Below are positions 30,775-39,505 of a stretch of DNA of 64,000 nucleotides, piece by piece. The notes beneath the pieces were generated by a model that made no database searches, had not been told where the DNA came from, and worked only from the letters and a program-made list of their open reading frames with translations. The DNA comes from Gammaproteobacteria bacterium (lineage in GTDB: Bacteria > Pseudomonadota > Gammaproteobacteria > SZUA-229), in the NCBI GenBank assembly GCA_024636785.1, contig JAGXGK010000017.1, positions 42,284-106,283 of the forward strand, read 5' to 3'. The stretch's first letter is position 1. Every line of letters starts with the position of its first letter. The translations under genes and the position numbers were made by a program.

Positions 30775-31981
30775 AGCAAACAATCTGGCGCAAATTCTGA
30801 TCACCTTTGGCGGCCTGTTTCTGATTGGGCTGCTGGCCGATCTGTTGGGTCGGCATACGCCCCTGCCCCGGGTCACGCTGTTATTGCTAAGCGGCTTTGC
30901 CATCGGCCCTTCACTGCTCGACCTGCTGCCGGCCTTTACCGACCAGTGGTTCCCGGTACTCACCAACATCGCACTGGCCATGATCGGCTTTTTGCTGGGC
31001 CAGAACCTAACCCGTAAGCGCTTGTCCGAACTTGGGCGTCCAGTGCTCGCCATGTCGATTGGTGAAGTGATTATGACGGCCCTGCTGGTGTTCACCGTGC
31101 TGCGGCTGTTCGGGGTGTCGATGGAAATCGCATTGTTGCTGGCCGGCGTCGCCCCGGCCACTGCACCCGCGGCCACGGTCGATGTGGTGCATGAATACGG
31201 GGCCAAAGGAAAATTTACCGACACGCTGTTAGGTATTGTGACGATTGATGATGCCTGGGGGCTGCTGGTTTTTAGCCTGCTGCTGGCGACCGCTCAGTCC
31301 CTGAGCGGTGCGGAGGGTGCATGGCAAATTATCCAGACCGGTGCCTGGGAAGTTGGCGGCGCGATTTTGCTCGGCATCGTGCTCGGCCTGCCCATGGCCT
31401 ACCTTACCGGACGCATACTGCCCGGCGAACCTTCACAGGCGGAAGCTCTGGGGGTGGTGTTGCTCAGTGCCGGTGTCGCGGAATGGCTGAATGTTTCCTA
31501 CATCCTGTCGGCTATGGTGCTCGGTGCCACTGTAGCCAATTTAGCCAAACACCATGATCGCCCATTCAATGCCATCGAAGGCATTGAATGGCCATTCCTG
31601 ATTCTGTTTTTCCTGCTGGCGGGCGCGTCGCTGCACATCGACGCCCTGGCACAGGCGGGGGCGCTGGCTGCCGGTTATATTGCTTTGCGCATCGCCGGTC
31701 GACTTATCGGCACACGCCTCGGCGGCTGGCTGAGTGGCACAGACACCACAATCCGCCAATGGATCGGACTCGCGCTGTTACCTCAGGCCGGTGTCGCCAT
31801 CGGCATGGCGTTGATCGCCAGTCATCACTTCCCGGAAATCAAAGACGTGATTCTGCCGGTGGTGCTGGGGGCAACCGTCATCTTCGAAATTGTCGGTCCC
31901 ATCGCTACCCGCTGGACACTTATTCATGTCGGTGACATCACCAATAACAATAAACATAGACATAAAAAGACGCTCTCATGA
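30734..31981 (+). CDS. Cation:proton antiporter (CPA1/CPA2 superfamily, Na+/H+ exchanger-like) embedded in the N-ATPase operon
   Basis: 415 aa, about 12 TM helices, Na_H_Exchanger-like core (GVAPATAPAATVDVV...). Overlaps atpQ at the 5' end (alternative GTG start 30766) and atpR at the 3' end (ATGA). Confidence 0.8.
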   Translation: MPGTGSNRRVAVNEANNLAQILITFGGLFLIGLLADLLGRHTPLPRVTLLLLSGFAIGPSLLDLLPAFTDQWFPVLTNIALAMIGFLLGQNLTRKRLSELGRPVLAMSIGEVIMTALLVFTVLRLFGVSMEIALLLAGVAPATAPAATVDVVHEYGAKGKFTDTLLGIVTIDDAWGLLVFSLLLATAQSLSGAEGAWQIIQTGAWEVGGAILLGIVLGLPMAYLTGRILPGEPSQAEALGVVLLSAGVAEWLNVSYILSAMVLGATVANLAKHHDRPFNAIEGIEWPFLILFFLLAGASLHIDALAQAGALAAGYIALRIAGRLIGTRLGGWLSGTDTTIRQWIGLALLPQAGVAIGMALIASHHFPEIKDVILPVVLGATVIFEIVGPIATRWTLIHVGDITNNNKHRHKKTLS

Positions 31982-32304
31982 ACGAACTAATCCTTTATGG
32001 CGGCACTTTCATCGCAGGCCTCCTGCTGGGGATGCTGTTTTTCGGCGGCCTCTGGCTCACCCTGAACGGGCTTGAACGATCTCGTCACCCCGCGCTGAGA
32101 TTGCTGACCAGCCTGCTACTGCGTGTCACTCTGGTGCTCAGCGGATTTTATGCAATCGCTCAACTCGATGCCTGGCAGCACCTGCTGATGGCGCTCGCCG
32201 GCTTCATTACATCGCGATGGTGGATGACTCGGCGGTTGCGGACGATCAGCCATAAATCGTTGCCCGCCCACCTGACTCACAGCAAAAAGGAGACCATGAC
32301 ATGA
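31978..32304 (+). CDS. atpR: N-ATPase AtpR subunit
   Basis: 108 aa with 3 TM helices and conserved Arg in TM. ATGA overlaps on both sides. Confidence 0.6.
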   Translation: MNELILYGGTFIAGLLLGMLFFGGLWLTLNGLERSRHPALRLLTSLLLRVTLVLSGFYAIAQLDAWQHLLMALAGFITSRWWMTRRLRTISHKSLPAHLTHSKKETMT

Positions 32305-33047
32305 CCATTAGTCCCGACGGTCTCATCTTCCAGCAATGGGGCTGGTTTTCGCTCAATGCCACCATTGTCTATACCTGGCTGGTGATGGCGCTGCTCACGC
32401 TCATTTCCTGGCTGGTGACACGGCGCATGTCCACCGGCACCGAACTGCCCGCCTGGCAGAACCTGCTGGAGGTGCTGGTGACCGGCATTCGCGATCAGAT
32501 TCGTCAGGTCAGCCAGCAGAATCCGGGGCGTTATCTGCCTTTTGTCGGCAGCCTTTTTCTGTACATCGCCATGGCCAATCTGCTCAATATTGTGCCGGGG
32601 TACATGGCCCCGACCGGCTCGCTCTCCACCACGACGGCGCTGGCCATCTGCGTGTTTATCGCCGTGCCGATCTACGGCATCGCGTATCAAGGGCCGGTGA
32701 ATTATCTGAAGCACTATGTCAAACCGACCTGGCTGATGCTGCCGTTCAACATTATCGGTGAAATCTCACGCACCATTGCGCTGGCCGTGCGTCTGTACGG
32801 CAACATCATGAGCGGCACGGTTATCGTAGCTATTCTAATCAGCCTGACGCCCTATTTTTTCCCGGTGGTGATGGCGCTGCTGGGGCTGCTGACCGGCATG
32901 ATTCAGGCCTACATCTTCGCCGTTCTGGCCATGGTTTACATCGCCTCGGCGACCTCGCTACACTCGGGAGAAAGCGATGATGAGCAGCAATCGTCGCTAA
33001 CAGACACACCCGAAAAAGATAACCGGACATCCCCTAACACTGACTAA
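32301..33047 (+). CDS. atpB: Fo a subunit
   Basis: 248 aa; LAVRLYGNIMSG motif with the stator Arg of a-subunits. Confidence 0.85.
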   Translation: MTISPDGLIFQQWGWFSLNATIVYTWLVMALLTLISWLVTRRMSTGTELPAWQNLLEVLVTGIRDQIRQVSQQNPGRYLPFVGSLFLYIAMANLLNIVPGYMAPTGSLSTTTALAICVFIAVPIYGIAYQGPVNYLKHYVKPTWLMLPFNIIGEISRTIALAVRLYGNIMSGTVIVAILISLTPYFFPVVMALLGLLTGMIQAYIFAVLAMVYIASATSLHSGESDDEQQSSLTDTPEKDNRTSPNTD

Positions 33048-33057
33048 GGAGTATTTT

Positions 33058-33336
33058 ATGGACATGATTACCTACATCGGCATGGCATCCATCGTCACCG
33101 CCGGCATTACCATCGCCATTGGCTCCATCGGCCCGGCACTGGGCGAAGGACGCGCCGTCGCCCAGGCATTGAGCGCCATCGCCCAGCAGCCGGATGAAGC
33201 CAACACCATCACCCGAACGCTGTTTGTCGGCCTGGCAATGATCGAGTCCACGGCCATCTACTGTTTCGTGGTGGCCATGATCCTGATTTTCGCCAACCCT
33301 TTCTGGGATTACGCCACCGCCACAGCCGGGGGTTAA
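33058..33336 (+). CDS. atpE: Fo c subunit with complete Na+-binding signature (Q..E-S-T..Y)
   Basis: GEGRAVAQALSAIAQQPDE ... LAMIESTAIYCFV. The Gln + Glu-Ser-Thr + Tyr ligand set is characteristic of Na+-translocating c-rings. Confidence 0.85.
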   Translation: MDMITYIGMASIVTAGITIAIGSIGPALGEGRAVAQALSAIAQQPDEANTITRTLFVGLAMIESTAIYCFVVAMILIFANPFWDYATATAGG

Positions 33337-33339
33337 GGC

Positions 33340-34110
33340 ATGCAGATCGACTGGATCACAGTATCGGCGCAGATCGTCAACTTTCTAATTCTGGTCTGGC
33401 TGCTCAAACGCTTTCTATACCATCCGGTAATGCGCGCCATGGAGCAACGCGAACAGCGCATCGCCGATCGTTTGAACAAGGCCGAAGCACGCGAACAGCA
33501 GGCCAGTGAACAGCAGCAGCAATATCAGCATAAAACCGAAGAGCTGGAACGGAAGCGCGATGAAATGCTGATTAAAGCTCGCGAACAGGCCGAACAGGGA
33601 AAGCGGCAGCTGCTGGATGAAGCGCGTGCTATCGTCGCCGAAACTCGGAAGCAATGGCAGCAGCAGGCGGCTCAGGAAAAGGCTGATTTTTTCAACCGGC
33701 TGAAACAGGAAACCGCCGAAGCTATTCAGGCTATCGCGCGCAAAGCGCTCAAGGATCTGGCCGATGCCGGACTGGAAGAGCAGCTCATCGAAAAATTCAT
33801 CGAACAGCTCAAAGTCGCAGACAAGGATTTGCAGCAAACGCTCCACCACAACACAGGCCCACTGCGTATCCATACCGCCTATGAACTGGATTCGACGGTG
33901 CGCGCCCGACTCACCCGCTTCATGCACGAACATTTTTCTGCGGATATCCAGGTCGAATACAGCACCACGCCGGAACTGCTGTGCGGCATCCTGCTGGTGA
34001 GCGGCGACCGGCAGCTGGGCTGGAATCTGAACGAGTATCTGGATGATCTCAGCGAGCGCATGGATGAGGCTTTCAGTTCGGTCAGGCCTTCGGCAAAACA
34101 GGAGGATTAG
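33340..34110 (+). CDS. atpF: Fo b subunit (long, coiled-coil)
   Basis: N-terminal TM helix followed by a charged coiled-coil region. Confidence 0.7.
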   Translation: MQIDWITVSAQIVNFLILVWLLKRFLYHPVMRAMEQREQRIADRLNKAEAREQQASEQQQQYQHKTEELERKRDEMLIKAREQAEQGKRQLLDEARAIVAETRKQWQQQAAQEKADFFNRLKQETAEAIQAIARKALKDLADAGLEEQLIEKFIEQLKVADKDLQQTLHHNTGPLRIHTAYELDSTVRARLTRFMHEHFSADIQVEYSTTPELLCGILLVSGDRQLGWNLNEYLDDLSERMDEAFSSVRPSAKQED

Positions 34111-34113
34111 CGC

Positions 34114-35682
34114 GTGCTGCAGCAACTGCTCGATGACACCATGACCCGCCTGCACGAGGTAATCGAGAGCAGTGCCCCTGCTCTGCATACGCGTGAAACC
34201 GGCACGGTGCTGTCTGTGGGTGGGGGCATCGCCCGCGTCAGTGGCTTGCCCAGCCTCACCTCGGAAGAACTGGTGCAGTTCCCGGACGGGGTGCTGGGCG
34301 TGGCTATTAACCTTGAGGCCGATGTCGCCGGGATAATGCTGCTTGGCGATAGTGCCAGACTGTCGGCGGGCATTGAAGTCAGCGCCACCGGCCGCGAGGC
34401 CGACACCCCGGTTGGTGAAGGGCTGCTGGGGCGGGTGATCGATGCCACCGGAAAGGTGCTGGATCACGGCAAAGCCCTGCAATTCAGTGAACGCCGACCG
34501 GTGGAACGCCCGGCGCCCGCCATCATCGACCGCTCGCCGGTGACGGTACCGCTGGAAACCGGCATCAAGGCCATCGACGCTCTCATTCCCATCGGTCGCG
34601 GCCAGCGTGAACTCATCGTCGGCGACCGCCAGACCGGCAAAACCTCGGTGGCGGTCGACACCATCATTAATCAGCGTGACAAAAACGTCATATGCATCTA
34701 CTGCGCCATCGGCCAGCGCGGCACTGCGGTCTCCCGGGTAGTGGAGACGCTACGCAAACACAAAGCGCTGGCGCACACCATCGTGGTGGTCGCCTCGGAT
34801 GAAGACCCGCCCGGCCTGCGCTTCATCACCCCCTATGCCGCCACCACCATGGCCGAATATTTTATGGAACAGGGGCGCGATACGCTAATTGTTTATGACG
34901 ACCTCACCCGCCATGCCCGGGCCTATCGTGAACTATCCCTGCTGCTGCGTCGACCACCGGGGCGCGAGGCTTATCCGGGTGATATTTTCTACATTCATTC
35001 GCGTCTGCTGGAACGCGCCACTCACCTGCGCGACGGCGGCTCGCTGACCGCGTTACCGGTGATCGAAACACAGGCCCAGGACATCTCCGCCTACATCCCG
35101 ACTAATCTGATCTCCATTACCGATGGCCAGATCTATCTTTCACCGGCGTTGTTTCACAAAGGCCTGTTGCCCGCGATTGACGTCGGCAAATCGGTATCTC
35201 GGGTCGGCGGCAAAACGCAGTACCCGGCATTTCGCAGTGTCTCCGGCGATCTACGCCTCTCGTATTCACAGTTCGAAGAGCTGGAAACCTTCGCGCGCTT
35301 CGCCACCCGCATGGATGAAGATACGCGCCGAACAATCGAACACGGTCGACGCGTACGCGAAGTGCTGAAACAGCGCGAACATCATCCACTGCGCGCTAGC
35401 GAACAGATGGCGATACTCAAAACGCTCAATGCCGGAATGCTTGATAACCTGCCTCTGGAGCAGATCGCTAAAGCTGAAATGAAAATTCAGCAACGCATCG
35501 TCAATGAATTTCCCGAGCTTTGTGAAAGCATGGAAAAGGGTGAAAAACTGGATGATGCACAATGGCAGCCGCTACTGGAAATCGCCGAGAAGATACTGTC
35601 TGAAATGCGCGACGACGCTGAAAAACCTGAACAATCCGGCCCATCTGAAAGCGCTGATCAAAGCGAAGCTGCGCAGGAATAA
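34114..35682 (+). CDS. atpA: F1 alpha subunit
   Basis: Walker A GDRQTGKT, 522 aa. GTG start. Confidence 0.93.
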   Translation: MLQQLLDDTMTRLHEVIESSAPALHTRETGTVLSVGGGIARVSGLPSLTSEELVQFPDGVLGVAINLEADVAGIMLLGDSARLSAGIEVSATGREADTPVGEGLLGRVIDATGKVLDHGKALQFSERRPVERPAPAIIDRSPVTVPLETGIKAIDALIPIGRGQRELIVGDRQTGKTSVAVDTIINQRDKNVICIYCAIGQRGTAVSRVVETLRKHKALAHTIVVVASDEDPPGLRFITPYAATTMAEYFMEQGRDTLIVYDDLTRHARAYRELSLLLRRPPGREAYPGDIFYIHSRLLERATHLRDGGSLTALPVIETQAQDISAYIPTNLISITDGQIYLSPALFHKGLLPAIDVGKSVSRVGGKTQYPAFRSVSGDLRLSYSQFEELETFARFATRMDEDTRRTIEHGRRVREVLKQREHHPLRASEQMAILKTLNAGMLDNLPLEQIAKAEMKIQQRIVNEFPELCESMEKGEKLDDAQWQPLLEIAEKILSEMRDDAEKPEQSGPSESADQSEAAQE

Positions 35683-35685
35683 AGT

Positions 35686-36579
35686 ATGGAATCACTCGAC
35701 CAATTGCACAAACAACTCGACAGCCTCAACGAATTGCGCACCATCGTCAAAACCATGAAAGCCCTCTCGGCGGCGAGTATCAATCAATACGAGCAGGCGG
35801 TTAATGCACTCGCCGGTTATTATCAAACAGTGGCACGTGGCCTGCACGTGGTAATGAGAGACATGGAATCGGCACCTCCCCCAACTGCGCATACCGACAA
35901 GCCCCGGCGACTGGCCGCCATCGTTTTAGGTTCCGACCACGGACTCTGCGGCCGCTTCAACGAAGACATTGCCAGCTATGCGCTGGACAGCATGAACTCA
36001 ACCACTGCCGAACCAGAAAACCGCCTCATCCTCGCAGTGGGCGCCCGCGTTGCGTCCAGTCTGGAAAGCAATGGTCAGGCCATCGAAGAAAATTTCCTTG
36101 TCCCCGGCTCGGCCGAACAGATCACCGCCAGCGTGCAGCAGATCCTGCTTAAAATCGATGAATGGCGCGAACAGTCCGGAATGGAGCATGTCTACCTGTT
36201 CTACAATCGTCATTCCGGTGGCAGCAGTTACCAGTCTACTGGTTTTAAATTACTGCCAATCGACCTGCGCAATTTTCATCGCCTTAAAGAAGAACACTGG
36301 CCCTCACGCAGCCTGCCCACCTTCAGCATGAACCGCGAACAGCTACTTAGCCGCCTGCTGCATCAGTATCTTTTCGTTTCGATCTTCCGCGCCAGTGCCG
36401 AATCTCAGGCCAGTGAACACGCCAGCCGATTGGCGGCGATGCAATCGGCACAGCGTAATCTCGATGAACGACTGGGTGAAGTCACCATGGTGTTCCGACG
36501 TGCCCGACAAAACGCTATCACCTCCGAGTTGCTGGACGTTGTCTCCGGTTTTGAAGCACTGACCGGAATTGAAAAATAG
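35686..36579 (+). CDS. atpG: F1 gamma subunit
   Basis: 297 aa; conserved C-terminal helix AITSELLDVVSG. Confidence 0.85.
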   Translation: MESLDQLHKQLDSLNELRTIVKTMKALSAASINQYEQAVNALAGYYQTVARGLHVVMRDMESAPPPTAHTDKPRRLAAIVLGSDHGLCGRFNEDIASYALDSMNSTTAEPENRLILAVGARVASSLESNGQAIEENFLVPGSAEQITASVQQILLKIDEWREQSGMEHVYLFYNRHSGGSSYQSTGFKLLPIDLRNFHRLKEEHWPSRSLPTFSMNREQLLSRLLHQYLFVSIFRASAESQASEHASRLAAMQSAQRNLDERLGEVTMVFRRARQNAITSELLDVVSGFEALTGIEK

Positions 36580-36600
36580 ATGCTTAGGGAAGAAATTTTT

Positions 36601-36748
36601 CACCGCAGAGGTCGCAAAGAACGCAGAGGAAAATCTTGTTTTTTTATATAATAATTTTAAACATTTTATATGCGGGCATACGTTCTTTTTCTTAATTAAA
36701 AAGCGAACTAAAATTATCTATTTTTTCTCTGCGTTCTTTGCGACCTCT
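36601..36748. mobile_element. MITE-like element with about 28-bp TIRs (CACCGCAGAGGTCGCAAAGAACGCAGAGGAAAA ... TTTTTTCTCTGCGTTCTTTGCGACCTCT) and A/T-rich core
   Basis: Inverted termini flank a roughly 90-bp AT-rich spacer. Related elements at 49337-49476 and 60838-61158. Confidence 0.55.
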
Positions 36749-36930
36749 AATTCATCCTGAAAAATAACGCCTCCATCGCTTGCCTGATCCGAGGTTGGCA
36801 AAGAAAAACTTCTAAAGTTTAACGATTATACAGCTTCTACACAGGAGCGTGATGCGGCAAATACTTTCTAGACAGCATTTGCCGCCAGTATGCTGGCAGC
36901 GGTGACCTCCTCCGGAACCTTGATGATGAA

Positions 36931-37104
36931 TTAGCGCTCTCTAAGTTTATGTATTGCTTTGCGCAGAAAAGCAATCTGTTTATTGTAATTAGAGCAGCCA
37001 GAACAAATGAACAGGTGAAAGCGCAGGCGAATACGTTCAGGCAGAGATAATTCCCGATCCTGTGACTGCGACACCAGGCGGGTCGCCTGTTTACAATTCA
37101 TCAT
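36931..37104 (-). CDS. zf-HC2 type anti-sigma factor (57 aa, below ORF-track threshold)
   Basis: Manual translation gives MMNCKQATRLVSQSQDRELSLPERIRLRFHLFICSGCSNYNKQIAFLRKAIHKLRER, with the H-x3-C-x2-C motif. Its start overlaps the stop of the ECF sigma gene (ATGATGA). Confidence 0.55.
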   Translation of the reverse strand: MMNCKQATRLVSQSQDRELSLPERIRLRFHLFICSGCSNYNKQIAFLRKAIHKLRER

Positions 37105-37694
37105 GAAAGCCGCCCTCCCCGTATATAGTTATTTTCCAGACATTTTCGTAGCTGCGAGCGTGCGCGGTGCATGATCACCCAGGCATTGCTGTCGCTCAGA
37201 TTAAGCTCCCTGCACACCTCCTTAAGCTCAAGCCCGAGGTGTTCCCGCATCATAAATACACGGGAGGTATTAGCAGGCAGATGATTAAGGCAGATTTCAA
37301 AAATGACCCAGAACTGTTCATTATCGAAATTTTTTTCCGGTTGTCCCCAGTCAGAGGGCTTGTGGGTTTTTTTCCAGTGGTCTCTGCCATCAAACGCCTC
37401 ATCATCGTTGTCGTTATCTTCGATAAAAGATTCCGTCGGGTAGCGACTGCGTTCGCGGATAACATCAATAATTTTGTTCCGCAGTATGGCAAACACCCAG
37501 CTCTTAAGGCTGCCCCGGCCATTGAATTTTGCTGTTGAGATAGCAGCACTAATGGCTTCATGGACAATGTCCTCTGCCAGCACTGCATCGCGCAACTGCA
37601 AGGTGGTAAAGCGCAGCATCTCTTCCCTCATTGATGCAACCTGTTCGGCATCAACATAACCGGAATGCGAAGCGTGTACTGCGTTCTTATCCAA
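37101..37694 (-). CDS. ECF-subfamily RNA polymerase sigma-70 factor
   Basis: Region 2 (AEDIVHEAISAAISTAKFNGRGSLKSWVFAILRNKIID) and region 4 (LKEVCRELNLSDSNAWVIMHRARSQLRK). Confidence 0.85.
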   Translation of the reverse strand: MDKNAVHASHSGYVDAEQVASMREEMLRFTTLQLRDAVLAEDIVHEAISAAISTAKFNGRGSLKSWVFAILRNKIIDVIRERSRYPTESFIEDNDNDDEAFDGRDHWKKTHKPSDWGQPEKNFDNEQFWVIFEICLNHLPANTSRVFMMREHLGLELKEVCRELNLSDSNAWVIMHRARSQLRKCLENNYIRGGRLS

Positions 37695-37792
37695 AATAAC
37701 TACCTTATAGAATTAATGATTTAATATAAGGTAGCCTTTATCCGCAAAACAGTAAAGCTCGATTCTTGATACAGCCTGTAAACTTTCTCCAG

Positions 37793-38392
37793 CTAAGTCT
37801 TTAACCAGCGATTTTTAAACCAGTAGTCGATAGAGAGATAACGCCCCGCGCCATAGAAGAACAACACCAGCAGCATGATGAAATAGGTGGCCGCGAACTC
37901 GATGCCATTATTGAGCATAACAAGACTGCCATGCTCTGTTAGCCAGCTGTAATTACCGTGCTCTCTTAAAATTTCTTTGGCGACATCAAGACGTTCGATT
38001 GCGGCGACAGTGCGATCATTGGCGAAAAGACTGCCTGAGCCTTCCGCGATGGCCAGCCAGCCGTTTTTCCAGTGCACCGTAAACATAGCCACCAGCATCG
38101 TTACCATCAGCGGAATCGTTATCCAGCGAACAGCCAGCCCGACGAGCAATAATATGGCACCGCCCGATTCCGTCAGGGCCGCAGCCCAGGCCATAATTTC
38201 AGGAAACGGCAGACCGAGACCCCAGTCCGGATTGCCGAACCATTCAATGGTGGAATCCATATTAGCCAGTTTTTTGGTTCCCGCCGTCCAGAATATCGGC
38301 ACCAGATACAGTCGTAATGCCAGCGGCGCGAGAAAATCAGCCGATTTTGTGATGTTCAGTATTTCATATAATTTGTTAAATGTCCGTTTCAT
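37793..38392 (-). CDS. DoxX-family membrane protein (HvfX-like RiPP-metallophore partner)
   Basis: 199 aa, DoxX-like TM helices (LRLYLVPIFWTAGTKK...). Sits directly downstream of the HvfA-like precursor. Confidence 0.65.
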   Translation of the reverse strand: MKRTFNKLYEILNITKSADFLAPLALRLYLVPIFWTAGTKKLANMDSTIEWFGNPDWGLGLPFPEIMAWAAALTESGGAILLLVGLAVRWITIPLMVTMLVAMFTVHWKNGWLAIAEGSGSLFANDRTVAAIERLDVAKEILREHGNYSWLTEHGSLVMLNNGIEFAATYFIMLLVLFFYGAGRYLSIDYWFKNRWLKT

Positions 38393-38465
38393 AATAGCCC
38401 TTGTTACTTTGATTATTTGCCATTAATAAACCGTCCCTGGTCATAACTGATGGGAGATTAAATAC

Positions 38466-38789
38466 TTAGCTGGCTCCGCCGCACTTGCCTTCCTGCACTT
38501 TGGGTTTGCCCTCAGCTTTATCACCGCCGCACTTGCCTTCAGCTTCTTTAGCATCTTTCGACTCGCCGCATTTACCTTCTGCATCCTTCGTCTTGCCGGC
38601 AGCCGCTTTATCGCCACACTTGCCTTCGCCACATTTACCTTCGTTTACCGCCACTTGATAGCCGCCGGAGAGACTGGTCATGCCGAAGGGATTGCTGTCA
38701 GCAGCCAGTACCGAAACACTGGCCATGCCCATTACGAGTGCGGCGCCACTAGCCAGAGAAAGGGTTTTGATGTTTTTGATGGTATTCAT
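38466..38789 (-). CDS. HvfA-like secreted RiPP metallophore precursor (bufferin-type) with five EGKCG repeats
   Basis: Sec signal peptide, then NEGKCGEGKCGDK...AEGKCGESK...AEGKCGGDK...QEGKCGGAS. RBS GGAG. Confidence 0.7.
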   Translation of the reverse strand: MNTIKNIKTLSLASGAALVMGMASVSVLAADSNPFGMTSLSGGYQVAVNEGKCGEGKCGDKAAAGKTKDAEGKCGESKDAKEAEGKCGGDKAEGKPKVQEGKCGGAS

Positions 38790-39343
38790 AATTATGCTCC
38801 AATATCTTTAAAATAAAATTCAGGGTTATCTGTTCAATTTTAATGAACATGCATAGTAGTCGCTGCTGAGCCGATTTCCTTACAACTTTCTTGAAATTAA
38901 TTTCATCCGCAATTGCTGTAACCGTGGTAATACTTTCTGGTGAAGCTTTTTCCAGGCATCAAATCTTCAAATACGAAATGGAATGACTGATATTTTTTAA
39001 TGCCCGATCTACGCCACCATAGCCTCGTGCCTCGCTCATCTAAACCCGAATAACCCCATTAAGTCTGTAGCAAGGAGATCTAAATGGCGTGTGATGCTGG
39101 CAAACAATATCGCCGGCACAAAAGATTTAAAGCGATTCGATTTCATAATCTCTCGCCGGGTTTCTGGCACGGGCGGGAGGCGGCACCTTGGCGCTAGCAC
39201 TCTGGTCAGGGTGCAGGCACCGAAACAACCTTACAGGGACTGCTTGGTCGCGTGTCATGAACTGCGAGCCACTGACCTCTATTGAATGGTTATTTGGATC
39301 AACTGATAATTCCCGGTTGGGTTGAAAAATGGCTGTGATTTAT

Positions 39344-39503
39344 ACCCGAATCCGTGGCTTAAACGTGGATGCATGATGCAAGATATTGGCTTCACAGTGG
39401 CTTCAGAAAACTCAGCTTCACCCTTAGGTTAAGCGGGCATTTTTGATCTGCTGTGGAGCCAGGAGCTTGTGCCAGGCGCCATGGTTAAGCCACAGATTCA
39501 TAT
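39344..39503. mobile_element. MITE-like element, family 2 (termini CCCGAATCCGTGGCTTAAAC / GTTAAGCCACAGATTC)
   Basis: About 85% similar to segments of 57698-57930. Abuts the stop of the RibD_C gene. Confidence 0.55.
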
Positions 39504-39505
39504 AC

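Noticed and set aside
39091-39285. 64-aa ORF upstream of the RibD_C gene
   Set aside because: It lies in the non-coding stretch beside the family-2 MITE at 39344-39503, with no RBS and odd composition. Likely spurious.
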